The notes below the pieces were generated by a model that had not been told where the DNA came from, did not search any database, and saw only the letters and a list, made by a program, of their open reading frames with translations. The position numbers and the translations under genes were made by a program. Positions 40,901 through 52,100 of a DNA stretch of 64,000 nt are shown one piece after another. The stretch's first letter is position 1. Each line of letters begins with the position of its first letter. Origin of the DNA: Eledone cirrhosa (taxonomy: Eukaryota); contig OZ024740.1 in NCBI GenBank assembly GCA_964016885.1, forward strand, positions 8,060,001 through 8,124,000, in the 5' to 3' direction.

Positions 40901-43375
40901 TTCGTATGTCAGTTTCAATTAGTATATCAGTTTCGATTGGTATGTCAGTTTCCATTGGTATATCAGATTCAACTGGTATGTCAGTTTCGATTAGTATATC
41001 ACTTTCTATTGCTATATCAGTTTCGATTGGTATGTCAGTTTCGATTAGTATGTAAGTTTCTATTGGTATGTTAGTTTCGATTAGTATATCAGTTTCTATT
41101 GATATATCAGTTTCGATTGGAATATCAGTTTCGATTGGTATATTAGTTTCGATTGGTATGTCAGTTTCTATTGGTATATCAGTTTCTAATGGTATGTCAG
41201 TTTTGATTGGTATATCAGTTTCGATTAGTATGTCAGTTTCGATTGGTATATCAGTTTGGATTGGTTGTGAGTTTGGATTGGTATGTCAGTTTCGATTGGT
41301 ATATCAGTTTGGATTAGTATGTTAGTTTCTATTGGTATATCAGTTTCGATTGCTATATCAGTTTCGACTGGTATGTCAGTTTCGATTAGTATATCAGTTT
41401 CTATTGGTATGTCAGTTTCTATTGGTATATCAGTTTCGATTGGTATATCAGTTTCGATTAGTATGCTAGTTTCCATTGGTATGTTAGTTTCGATCAGTAT
41501 ATCAGTTTCTATTGGTATGTCAGTTTCGATTGGTATGTCAGTTTCTATTCATATAACAGTTTCGATTGGTATATCAGTTTCGATCTGTATATCAGTTTCG
41601 ATTGGTATGTCAGTTTCGATTGGTATATCAGTTTCGATTGGTATGTCAGTTTCTATTGGTATATCAGTTTCTATTGGTATGTCAGTTTCAATTAGTATAT
41701 CAGTTTCTATTGGTATGTCAGTTTCGACTGGTATGTTAGTCCTCGAATTGCATGTCAGTTTCTATTGGTATATCAGTTTCTATTGGTATGTAAGTTTCTA
41801 TTGGTATATCAGCTTTGATTGGTATATTAGTTTCAATTAGTATGTCAGTTTCTATTGTTATATCAGTTTTGATTAGTATATCAGTTTCTATTGGTATGTC
41901 AGTTTAGATTGGTATGTCAGTTTCCATTGGTATATCAGTTTCGACTGGTATATCAGTTTCGATTAGTATAATCAGTATCTATTGGTATGTCAGTTTCTAT
42001 TGGTATATCAGTTTCGATTGGTATGTTAGTTTTGATCGGTATGTCAGTTTCTATTGATATATCAGTTTTGATTGGTATATCAGTTTCGATTAGTATGTCA
42101 GTTTCTATTAGTATGTTAGTTTCGATTAGTATATCAGTTTCTATTCGTATGTCAGTTTCGATTGGTATGTCAGTTTCTATTCATATATCAGTTTCGATTG
42201 GTATATCAGTTTCTATTGTTATATCAGTCTCGATTAGTATGTCAGTTTCGATTGGTATATCAGTTTCGACTTGTATATCAGTTTCGATTAGTATAATCAG
42301 TTTCTATTGGTATGTCAGTTTCTATTGGTATATCAGCCTCGATTGGTATATCAGTTTCGATTAGTATGTCAGTTTCTATTGGTATGTTAGTTTCGATTAG
42401 TATATCAGTTTCTATTGGTATGTCAGTTTCGATCGGTATGTCAGTTTCTATTGATATATCAGTTTTGATTGGTATATCAGTTTCGATTGGTAAATCAGTT
42501 TCGATTGGTATGTCAATTTCTATTGGTATATCAGTTTCTATTGGTATGTCAATTTTGATTGGTATATCAGTTTCTATTGGTATATCAGTTTCGATTGGTA
42601 TATCAGTTTCGATTGTTATATCAGTTTCGATTGGTATATCAGTTTCGACTGGTATGTCAGTTTCGATTAGTATATCAGTTTCTATTGGTATGTCAGTTTC
42701 GATTGGTATATCAGTTCCGATTGGTATGTCAGTTTCGATTGGTATGTCAGTTTCAATTGGTATATCAGTTTCGATTGGTATGTCAATGTCTATTGGTATG
42801 TTAGTTTCGATTAGTATATCACTTTTTATTGGTATGTCAGTTTCGATTGGTATGTCTATTTCTATTGATATATCAGTTTCGATTGGTATATCAGTTTTGA
42901 TTTGTATATCAGTTTCGATTGGTATGTCAGTTTCTTTTGGTATATCAGTTTCTATTGGTATGTCAGTTTTGATTGGTATATCAGTTTTGACTGGTATATC
43001 AGTTCCGATTGGTATGTCAGTTTCGATTGGTACGTCAATTTCGAGAGGTATATTATTTTCTATTGGTATGTTAGTTTCAATTAATATATCAGTTTCTATT
43101 GGTATGCCAGTTTCAATTAGTATATCAGTTTCTATTGGTATGTCATTTTCGATTGGTATGTTAGTCCTCGAATTGTATGTCAGTTTTTATTGGTATTTCA
43201 GTTTTGATTAGTATATCAGTTTCGTTTGGTATATCAGTTTCGATTCGTATGTCAGTTTCTATTGGTATATCAGTTTCTACTGGTATGTCAGTTTTGATTG
43301 GTATATCAGTTTCGATTGGTATGTCAGTTTCGATTGGTATGTCAGTTTCGATTGGTATATCAGTTCCCGATTGGT

Positions 43376-43381
43376 ATGTTA
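43376..43381 (+). repeat. Left target-site duplication ATGTTA (right copy 46150-46155)
   Basis: ttggtATGTTA-gacgtg at the 5' junction and gatgATGTTA-atttcg at the 3' junction; empty paralogous sites with a single ATGTTA at 57734-57739 and 61139-61144. Confidence 0.8.
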
Positions 43382-45786
43382 GACGTGACAGAGTGTCTGT
43401 TGTAAACACTAAATCCCTCCCCCATGAAGAATGCACCTCCCAACATAGACTGATAATTAGCGACCTCATAGTCAGGTCGAGACGTACTCGACAGCAGAAG
43501 AGGACTATCCTCAGGAGAAAAATATGGAAGCTAAAGGACCCCACAGCCAAAAATAAATTTCAAAACATATTACTTGATGCTTTCGACAGTAAGGAAGAAC
43601 ACTTAGAGTCGGACAATATAGAGGGACAGTGGGAATTTCTGAAAGCAAACCTGCTGTTGGCCACAGACGAAGTCTGTGGCTGGAGCAGGCCTGTAGGCAG
43701 GAGGAGAGTAACATGGTGGTGGAACAGTAAGGTGGAGGAGTCAATTAAGGCCAAAAAGCAGGCTTGGAAAGTATGGCGGGATGGGGGAAGTAGAGTAGAC
43801 TATCAAGTGGCCAGGAGGGAAGCTAGGAGAGAAGTGTACTTAGCAAGAAGGGAAGCTGAGGAAAGAAAGTTCAAGCATGTCCTACAACGCGATGACCAAA
43901 AACGTGAGGTGTTCAGGATTGCTAGGCAATGCGTCAAGGAAAACCGTGATATTGTCGGGGAGAAGTGTGTACTTAACGATGATGGCATACTTGCCATCAC
44001 CGACACTGATAAGAAGGCAGCTTGGAAGTGTCACTATGAAAGGCTACTAAATGAGGAGAATAAATGGGAGAAAGACAGTCTCCCCCATGTCGACCCAATA
44101 GAGGGACCAGCAGTGTTAGTCGAGGGGAGTATAATAAGTAAGGCAATCAAGGACATGAAGACAGGTAAGGCGGCTGGGCCTTCGGAAATAGTTGCTGAGA
44201 TGCTGAAGGCATCTGGCACGGTGGGACACACCATGGTCACCCGCATAGTTAACCAAGTCGTACAGAATGGGGTTGTTCCGAAGGACTGGCATAGCAGCAT
44301 CATCGTTAACTGTTATAAGGGTAAAGGAGACGCCCTAGATAGGAGTAACTATAGAGGCATTAAATTAATCGACCAGGTCATGAAGGTCACAGAAAAAGTA
44401 ATAGCGCAACTAATCAGAGAGAGAATTGACCTAGATGAAATGCAGTTCGGGTTTGTGTCAGGCAAAAGTACCACAGACGCTCTTTTCATAGTACGACAAC
44501 TACAGGAGAAGTACCTAGCTAAAGGTAAACCCCTCTACTTAGCTTTTGTCGACTTGGAGAAAGCCTTCGACAGAGTCCCCCGCTCCATTATCTGGTGGGC
44601 TCTTAGAAAACTAGGCGTTGACGAATGGCTTGTGAGGGCTATACAAGCCATGTATAAAGAAACAGTCAGCAAGGTTAGAATTAACAACGAATATAGTGAA
44701 GAGTTTAGCGTAAAAGTTGGCGTCCATCAGGGCTCTGTTCTCAGCCCCCTACTATTTATTATTGCCCTTCAGGCTATAACAGAGGAGTTCAAGACAGGCT
44801 GCCCATGGGAACTCCTATACGCAGACGACCTGACACTCATAGCGGAATCAATGGCCGAGCTAGAGAAGAAATTCCAAACATGGAAGCACGGCCTAGAGTC
44901 AAAAGGACTTAAAATTAACCTGGCTAAGACCAAAGTTCTAGTTTGTAGGAAAGAAAACAAGGCGGCGGTCCCTTCTGTGAAATGGTCATGCTCGGTGTGT
45001 AGGAAAGGCGTAGGTAGAAACTCCATTTTGTGTCCTAAATGCAAAGTATGGGTGCATAAAAGATGTAGTGGGATCACAGGTAAGCTAACTAAGAACATAG
45101 ATTTTACATGTGGCCGGTGTTCTGGTGCAATAAGTAGCAGCAAGTGCCCACAAAATACTAGCTCTTTCAATTGCGCAGAGGGTTCTATAGAAATAGTGGA
45201 CAGCTTCCGTTACCTGGGCGATAAAATCAGCAGTGGGGGAGGGTGCTCTGAAAGTACTGTAGCTAGAGTCAGAACTGGTTGGAAAAAGTTCAGAGAGCTT
45301 ATACCACTATTAGCTGCTAAAGGGTTCTCCCTAAAAATGAAAGGCAGGTTGTACGATGCCTGCATACGAACAGCAATGTTGCATGGCAGTGAGACCTGGG
45401 CATTGTGTGCAGAGGATATACGCAGACTAGAGAGGAACGAAGCTTGCATGCTCCGCTGGATGTGTAACAGTAATATACGTGAACGGCAAAGCATAAACGA
45501 ACTAAGGAAAAAATTAGAGATAAGAGGGATCAGATGTTGTTTACTCGAGAGAAGGCTACGTTGGTATGGACACGTGATGCGCATGAAAGTCGATAGCTGT
45601 ATAACAAAGTGCAGGGCAATAAAGATAGACGGTAGCCACGGAATAGGCAGACCTAGAAAAACCTGGGACGAGCTGATAAACTCCGACCTCACACACTTAC
45701 ACCTCTCCAAGACAATGTCACTGGACCGAGACCTTTGGCGGTACTCAGTAACAGAGAAGACCCGCCTTGCCAGTAGGCATCTCTAA
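43378..45786 (+). CDS. N-terminally truncated LINE polyprotein (~800 aa): end of AP endonuclease, reverse transcriptase, PHD-type Zn finger, C-terminal domain
   Basis: Element-derived part of ORF 43177..45786, with no stop or frameshift; EECTSQHRLI resembles the final APE (SDH-equivalent) motif; YADD at 44818-44829. Confidence 0.92.
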   Translation, partial: VRRDRVSVVNTKSLPHEECTSQHRLIISDLIVRSRRTRQQKRTILRRKIWKLKDPTAKNKFQNILLDAFDSKEEHLESDNIEGQWEFLKANLLLATDEVCGWSRPVGRRRVTWWWNSKVEESIKAKKQAWKVWRDGGSRVDYQVARREARREVYLARREAEERKFKHVLQRDDQKREVFRIARQCVKENRDIVGEKCVLNDDGILAITDTDKKAAWKCHYERLLNEENKWEKDSLPHVDPIEGPAVLVEGSIISKAIKDMKTGKAAGPSEIVAEMLKASGTVGHTMVTRIVNQVVQNGVVPKDWHSSIIVNCYKGKGDALDRSNYRGIKLIDQVMKVTEKVIAQLIRERIDLDEMQFGFVSGKSTTDALFIVRQLQEKYLAKGKPLYLAFVDLEKAFDRVPRSIIWWALRKLGVDEWLVRAIQAMYKETVSKVRINNEYSEEFSVKVGVHQGSVLSPLLFIIALQAITEEFKTGCPWELLYADDLTLIAESMAELEKKFQTWKHGLESKGLKINLAKTKVLVCRKENKAAVPSVKWSCSVCRKGVGRNSILCPKCKVWVHKRCSGITGKLTKNIDFTCGRCSGAISSSKCPQNTSSFNCAEGSIEIVDSFRYLGDKISSGGGCSESTVARVRTGWKKFRELIPLLAAKGFSLKMKGRLYDACIRTAMLHGSETWALCAEDIRRLERNEACMLRWMCNSNIRERQSINELRKKLEIRGIRCCLLERRLRWYGHVMRMKVDSCITKCRAIKIDGSHGIGRPRKTWDELINSDLTHLHLSKTMSLDRDLWRYSVTEKTRLASRHL
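44989..45120 (+). other. C4HC3 PHD-like zinc-finger coding segment inside the LINE ORF
   Basis: CSVC-x10-CPKC-x4-H-x2-C-x14-CGRC, with Trp two residues before the His; lies between KTKVL and IEIVDSFRYLG. Confidence 0.8.
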
Positions 45787-46124
45787 CAAAATACACCCCG
45801 TCCCACCACCACCACCCCCACCCCATCCACACCACCCCGTCCTATGTAAAGTTATGTTGGTGCCGCGCCATCCGGGCCGAAACAAATGAGATCGTGTAGG
45901 TGTCACGACAAAAAAACACACAGTCCACGCTGTAATGTGGCCGTGTAGGCAACACGGTAAAAACCTCCCAGACCCACACTGTAAATGTGGTTGGTGTTAG
46001 GAAGGGCATCCAACTGTAGAAAACCTGCCAGACAGTCCTATGTGAGCAAGACAATCACTCTTGCCTCAAGTGGGACTACCCCCGTCCAAACCCATGCAAG
46101 CGTGGAACACGGACGTTAAACGTT
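45787..46124 (+). other. LINE 3' UTR with C-rich tract, degenerate ~49-bp direct repeat and terminal stem-loops
   Basis: C-rich 45796-45838; hairpins CCGTGT/ACACGG (45941-45957), GCAAGA/TCTTGC (46046-46064) and CGTCC..CCATG/CGTGG..GGACG (46083-46115). Confidence 0.75.
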
Positions 46125-46151
46125 GATGATGATGATGATGATGATGATGAT
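46125..46151 (+). repeat. (GAT)9 retrotransposon tail
   Basis: Directly visible; the other copy has (GAT)7. Confidence 0.97.
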
Positions 46152-49100
46152 GTTAATTTCGATTGGTATATCAGTTTCTATTGGTATGTCAGTTTCGATT
46201 GGTATGTCAGTTTCTATTGGTATATCAGTTTCGATTGATATATCAGTTTCGATTAGTATATCAGTTTCTATTGGTATGTCAGTTTGATTGTTATATCAGT
46301 TTCGATTCGTATATCAGTTCGTATTGCTATATCAGTTTCTACTGGTATGTCAGTTTCAATTGGTATGTAAGTTTCGATTGGTATATCAGTTTCAATTGGT
46401 ATGTCAGTTTCAATTAGTAGATTGGTTTCGATTGGTATGTCAATTTCAATTAGTATATCAGTTTCTATTGGTATATCAGTTTCGATTGGTATGTCAGTTT
46501 CGATTAGTATATCAGTTTCTATAGGTATGTCAGTTTCTATTGGTATATCAGTTTCGATTGGTATATCAGTTTCTATTGGTATGTCAGTTTCGATTGGTAT
46601 GTCAGTTTCTATTGGTATATCAGTTTCGATTGATACATCAGTTTCGATTAGTATGTCAGTTTCTATTGCTATGTTAGTTTCGATTAGTATATCAGTTTCT
46701 ATTGGTATGTCAGTTTCGATCGGTATGTCAGTCTCTATTGATATATCAGTTTTGATTGGTATATCAGTTTCGATTGGTATATCAGTTTCGATTGGTATGT
46801 CAGTTTCTATTGGTATATCAGTTTCTATTGGTATGTCAGTTTCGATTGGTATATCAGTTTCGATTGGTATGTCAGTTTCGATTGGTATGTCAGTTTCGAT
46901 TGGTATATCAGTTCCGATTGGTATGTCAGTTTTGATTGGTATATCAGTTTCTATTGGTATATCAGTTTCGATTGGTATATCAGTTTCGATTGTTATATCA
47001 GTTTCGATTGGTATATCAGTTTCGACTGGTATGTCAGTTTCGATTAGTATATCAGTTTCTATTGGTATGTCAGTTTCTATTGGTATATCAGTTTCGATTG
47101 GTATATCAGTTTCGATTAGTATGTCAGTTTCTATTAGTATGTTAGTTTCGATTAGTATATCAGTCTCTATTAGTATGTCAGTTTAGATTGGTATGTCAGT
47201 TCCTATTAGTATGTTAGTTTCGATTAGTATATCAGTTTCTATTAGTATGTCAGTTTCGATTGGTACATCAGTTTCGATTGGTATATCAGTTTCGATTGGT
47301 ATGTCACTTTCTATTGGTATATCAGTTTCTATTGGTATGTGACTTTTGATTGGTATATCAGTTTCGTTTGGTATGTCAGTTTCGACTGGTATGTCAGTTT
47401 CGATTGGTATATCAGTTCCGATTGGTATATCAGTTTCTATTGGTATATCAGTTTCGATTGATATATCAGTTTCGATTAGTATATCAGTTTCTATTGGTAT
47501 GTCAGTTTGGATTGGTATGTCAGTTTGGATTGGTATGTCAGTTTCGATTGGTATGTCACTTTCGATTGGTATATCAGTTTCGATTAGTATGTTAGTTTCT
47601 ATTGGAATATCAGTTTCGATTGGTATATCAGTTTCGATTGGTATATCAGTTTCGATTAGTATGTCAGTTTCTATTAGTATGTTAGTTTCGATTAGTATAT
47701 CAGTCTCTATTAGTATGTCAGTTTAGATTGGTATGTTAGTTTCTACTGGTATGTCAGTTTGGATTAGTATGTCAGTTTCGATTGGTATGTCAGTTTCGAT
47801 TAGTATGTCAGTTTCTATTGGTATATCAGTTTCTATTTGTATGTCAGTTTTGATTGGTATATCAGTTTCGATTGGTATGTCAGTTTCGATTGGTATATCA
47901 GTTTCGATGGTATGTCAATTTCGATTGGTATATCAGTTTCGATTAGTATGTCAGTTTCTATTGGTATATCAGTTTCTATTGGTATATCAGTTTCGATTGA
48001 TATATCAGTTTCGATTAGTAGGTCAGTTTCTACTGGTATGTCAGTTTGGATTGGTATGTCAGTTTGGATTGGTATGTCAGTTTCGATTGGTATGTCAATT
48101 TCGATTGGTATATCAGTTTCGATTAGTATGTTAGTTTCTATTGGAATATCAGTTTCGATTGATATATCAGTTTCGATTCGTATGTCAGTCTCTATTGGTA
48201 TAACAGTTTCGACTGGTATATCAGTTTCGATTAGTATAATCAGTTTCTATTGGTATGTCAGTTTCTATTGATATATCAGTTTTGATTGGTATATCAGTTC
48301 CGATTGGTATATCAGTTTCGATTGGTAAGTCAGTTTCTATTGGTATATCAGTTTCTATTGGTATGTCAGTTTTGATTGCTATGTCAGTATCGATTGGTAT
48401 GTCAGTTTTGATTGGTATGTCAGTTTCTATAGGTATGTCAGTTTCTATTGGTATATCAGTTTCGATTAGTATATCAGTTTCTACTGCTATGTCAGTTTCG
48501 ATTAGTATATCAGTTTCTATTGGTATGTCAGTTTCGATTGGTATATCAGTTTCGATTCGTATATCAGTTCCAATTGCTATATCAGTTTCGATTGGTATAT
48601 CAGTTTCAATTGGTATGTCAGTTTCAATTAGTATATTTGTTTCGATTGGTATGTCAATTTCAATTAGTATATCAGTTTCTATTGGTATATCAGTTTCGAT
48701 TGGTATGTCAGTTTCGATTAGTATGTCAGTTTCTATTGGTATATCAGTTTCTATTGGTATGTCAGTTTTGATTGGTATATCAGTTTCGATTGGTATGTCA
48801 GTTTCGATTGGTATATCAGTTTCGATGGTATGTCAATTTCGATTGGTATATCAGTTTCGATTAGTATGTCAGTTTCTATTGGTATATCAGTTTCTATTGG
48901 TATATCAGTTTTGATTGGTATATCAGTTTCGATTAGTATGTTAGTTTCTATTGGAATATCAGTTTCGATTGGTATATCAGTTTCGATTGGTATGTCAGTT
49001 ACTATTGGTATATCAGTTTCGACTGGTATATCAGTTTCGATTAGTATAATCAGTTTCTATTGGTATGTCAGTATCTATTGATATATCAGTTTTGATTGGT

Positions 49101-52100
49101 ATATCAGTACCGATTGGTATATCAGTTTCGATTGGTAAGTCAGTTTCTATTTGTATATCAGTTTCTATTGGTATATCAGTTTCGATTGGTATATCAGTTT
49201 TACGATTTGTATATCAGATCCTATTGCTATATCAGTTTCTATTGGTATGTCAGTTTCTATTGGTATATCAGCTTCGATTAGTATGTCAGTATCTATTGGT
49301 ATGTCAGTTTCGCTTGGTATGTCATTTTCGATTGGTATATCAGTTTCTATTGGTATGACAGTTTTGATTGGTATATCAGTTTCGATTGGTATGTCAGTTT
49401 GGATTGGTATATCAGTTTCAACTGGTATGTCAGTTTCTATTGGTATATAAGTTTCTATTGGTATGTCACTTATGATTGGTATATCAGTTTCTGTTGGTTC
49501 GTTATTTTCGATTAGTATATCACTTTCTATTGGTATGTCAGTCTTGATAGGTATGTGAGTTTCTATAGATATATCAGTTTCGATTGGTATATCAGTTTTG
49601 ATTGGTATATCTGTTTCGATTGGTATGTCAGTTTCGATTGGTACATCAGTTTCGATTGGTATGTCAGTTTCGATTGGTATGTCAATTTCGATAGGTATAT
49701 TACTTTCTATTGATATGTCAGTATCAATTAGTATATCAGTTTCTTTTGGTAGGTCAGTTTCGATTGGTATGTTAGTCCTCGAATTGTATGTCAGTTTCTA
49801 ATGGTATATCAGTTTCGATTGGTATGTCAGTTTCGAATGGTATATCAGTTTCGATTGGTATGTCAGTTTCGATTAGTATATCAGTTTCTATTGGTATGTC
49901 AGTTTCTATTGGTATATCAGCTTTGATTGGTATATCGGTTTCGATTAGTATGTCAGTTTCTATTGTTATGTCAGTTTTGATTAGTATATCAGTTCCTATT
50001 GGTATGTCAGTTTAGATTGGTATGTCAGTTTCGATAGGTATGTCAGTTTTTATTGGTATATCAGTTTCGATTGGTATGTCAGTTTCTCTTGGTATCTCAG
50101 TTTCGATTATTATATCAGTTAATATTGGTATGTCAGTTTCGATTGGTATGTCATTTTCGATTGGTATATGAGTTTCTATTGGTATGACACTTTCGATTGG
50201 TATATCAGTTTGGATTGGTATCTCAGTTTGGATTGGTATGTCAGTTTGGCTTGGTATGTCAGTTTCGATTCGTATGTCAGTTTCAATTGGTATGTCAATT
50301 TCGATTGGTATATCAGTTTCGATTAGTATGTTAGTTTCTATTGGAATATCAGTTTCGATTGGTATATCAGTTTCGATTGGTATGTCAGTTTCGATTGGTA
50401 TATCAGTTTCGACTGGTATATCAGTTTCGATTAGTATAATCAGTTTCTATTGGTATGTCAGTTTTTATTGGTATATCAGTTTCGATTGGTATATCAGTTT
50501 CTATTAGTATGTCAGTTTCTATAGGTATGTTAGTTTCGGTGAGTATATAAGTTTCTATTGGGATGTCAGTTTTGATCGGTATGTCTGTTTCTATTGATAT
50601 ATCAGTTTCGATTAGTATGTTAGTTTCTATTGGAATATCAGTTTCGATTGGTATATCAGTTTCGATTGGTATATCAGTTTCGATTAGTATGTCAGTTTCT
50701 ATTAGTATGTTAGTTTCGATTAGTATATCAGTCTCTATTAGTATGTCAGTTTAGATTGGTATGTTAGTTTCTACTGGTATGTCAGTTTGGATTAGTATGT
50801 CAGTTTCGATTGGTATGTCAGTTTCGATTAGTATGTCAGTTTCTATTGGTATATCAGTTTCTATTTGTATGTCAGTTTTGATTGGTATATCAGTTTCGAT
50901 TGGTATGTCAGTTTCGATTGGTATATCAGTTTCGATGGTATGTCAATTTCGATTGGTATATCAGTTTCGATTAGTATGTCAGTTTCTATTGGTATATCAG
51001 TTTCTATTGGTATATCAGTTTCGATTGATATATCAGTTTCGATTAGTAGGTCAGTTTCTACTGGTATGTCAGTTTGGATTGGTATGTCAGTTTGGATTGG
51101 TATGTCAGTTTCGATTGGTATGTCAATTTCGATTGGTATATCAGTTTCGATTAGTATGTTAGTTTCTATTGGAATATCAGTTTCGATTGATATATCAGTT
51201 TCGATTCGTATGTCAGTTTCTATTGGTATAACAGTTTCGACTGGTATATCAGTTTCGATTAGTATAATCAGTTTCTATTGGTATGTAAGTTTCTATTGAT
51301 ATATCAGTTTTGATTGGTATATCAGTTCCGATTGGTATATCAGTTTCGATTGGTAAGTAAGTTTCTATTGGTATATCAGTTTCTATTCGTATGTCAGTTT
51401 TGATTGCTATGTCAGTATCGATTGGTATGTCAGTTTTGATTGGTATGTCAGTTTCTATAGGTATGTCAGTTTCTATTGGTATATCAGTTTCGATTAGTAT
51501 ATCAGTTTCTACTGGTATGTCAGTTTCGATTAGTATATCAGTTTCTATTGGTATGTCAGTTTCGATTGGTATATCAGTTTCGATTCGTATATCAGTTCCA
51601 ATTGCTATATCAGTTTCGATTGGTATATCAGTTTCAATTGGTATGTCAGTTTCAATTAGTATATTTGTTTCGATTGGTATGTCAATTTCAATTAGTATAT
51701 CAGTTTCTATTGGTATATCAGTTTCGATTGGTATGTCAGTTTCGATTAGTATGTCAGTTTCTATTGGTATATCAGTTTCTATTGGTATGTCAGTTTTGAT
51801 TGGTATATCAGTTTCGATTGGTATGTCAGTTTCGATTGGTATATCAGTTTCGATGGTATGTCAATTTCGATTGGTATATCAGTTTCGATTAGTATGTCAG
51901 TTTCTATTGGTATATCAGTTTCTATTGGTATATCAGTTTCGATTGGTATATCAGTTTCGATTAGTATGTTAGTTTCTATTGGAATATCAGTTTCGATTGG
52001 TATATCAGTTTCGATTGGTATGTCAGTTACTATTGGTATATCAGTTTCGACTGGTATATCAGTTTCGATTAGTATAATCAGTTTCTATTGGTATGTCAGT

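Larger units (their letters stand above)
19101..43381 (+). repeat. 18-bp satellite, forward block 2
   Basis: Continuous forward monomers; includes variants GTTTGGATT and ATTAGTATAATCAG not noticed upstream. Confidence 0.98.
43382..46151 (+). mobile_element. 5'-truncated RTE-like non-LTR retrotransposon (~2.8 kb) with (GAT)9 tail
   Basis: Single ORF with endonuclease remnant and RT, ~340-bp 3' UTR, microsatellite tail, short TSD, no LTRs. Clade inferred from motifs (WWWN, NYRGIKL, QFGF, DLEKAFDRV, QGSVLSP, YADD, HGSETW, RLRWYGHV, GRPRKTW), not from a tree. Confidence 0.95.

Noticed and set aside
45118-45120. The short copy's 5' truncation falls at the last Cys codon of the PHD finger
   Set aside because: A single event; random truncation with T/TGT microhomology to the target explains it.
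43378-45786. Bacterial RT system (retron, DGR, group II intron) or telomerase-like RT templating the satellite
   Set aside because: Motifs, APE remnant, (GAT)n tail, TSD and 5' truncation indicate a non-LTR retrotransposon. I saw no copy of the 18-mer inside the element to act as a template.
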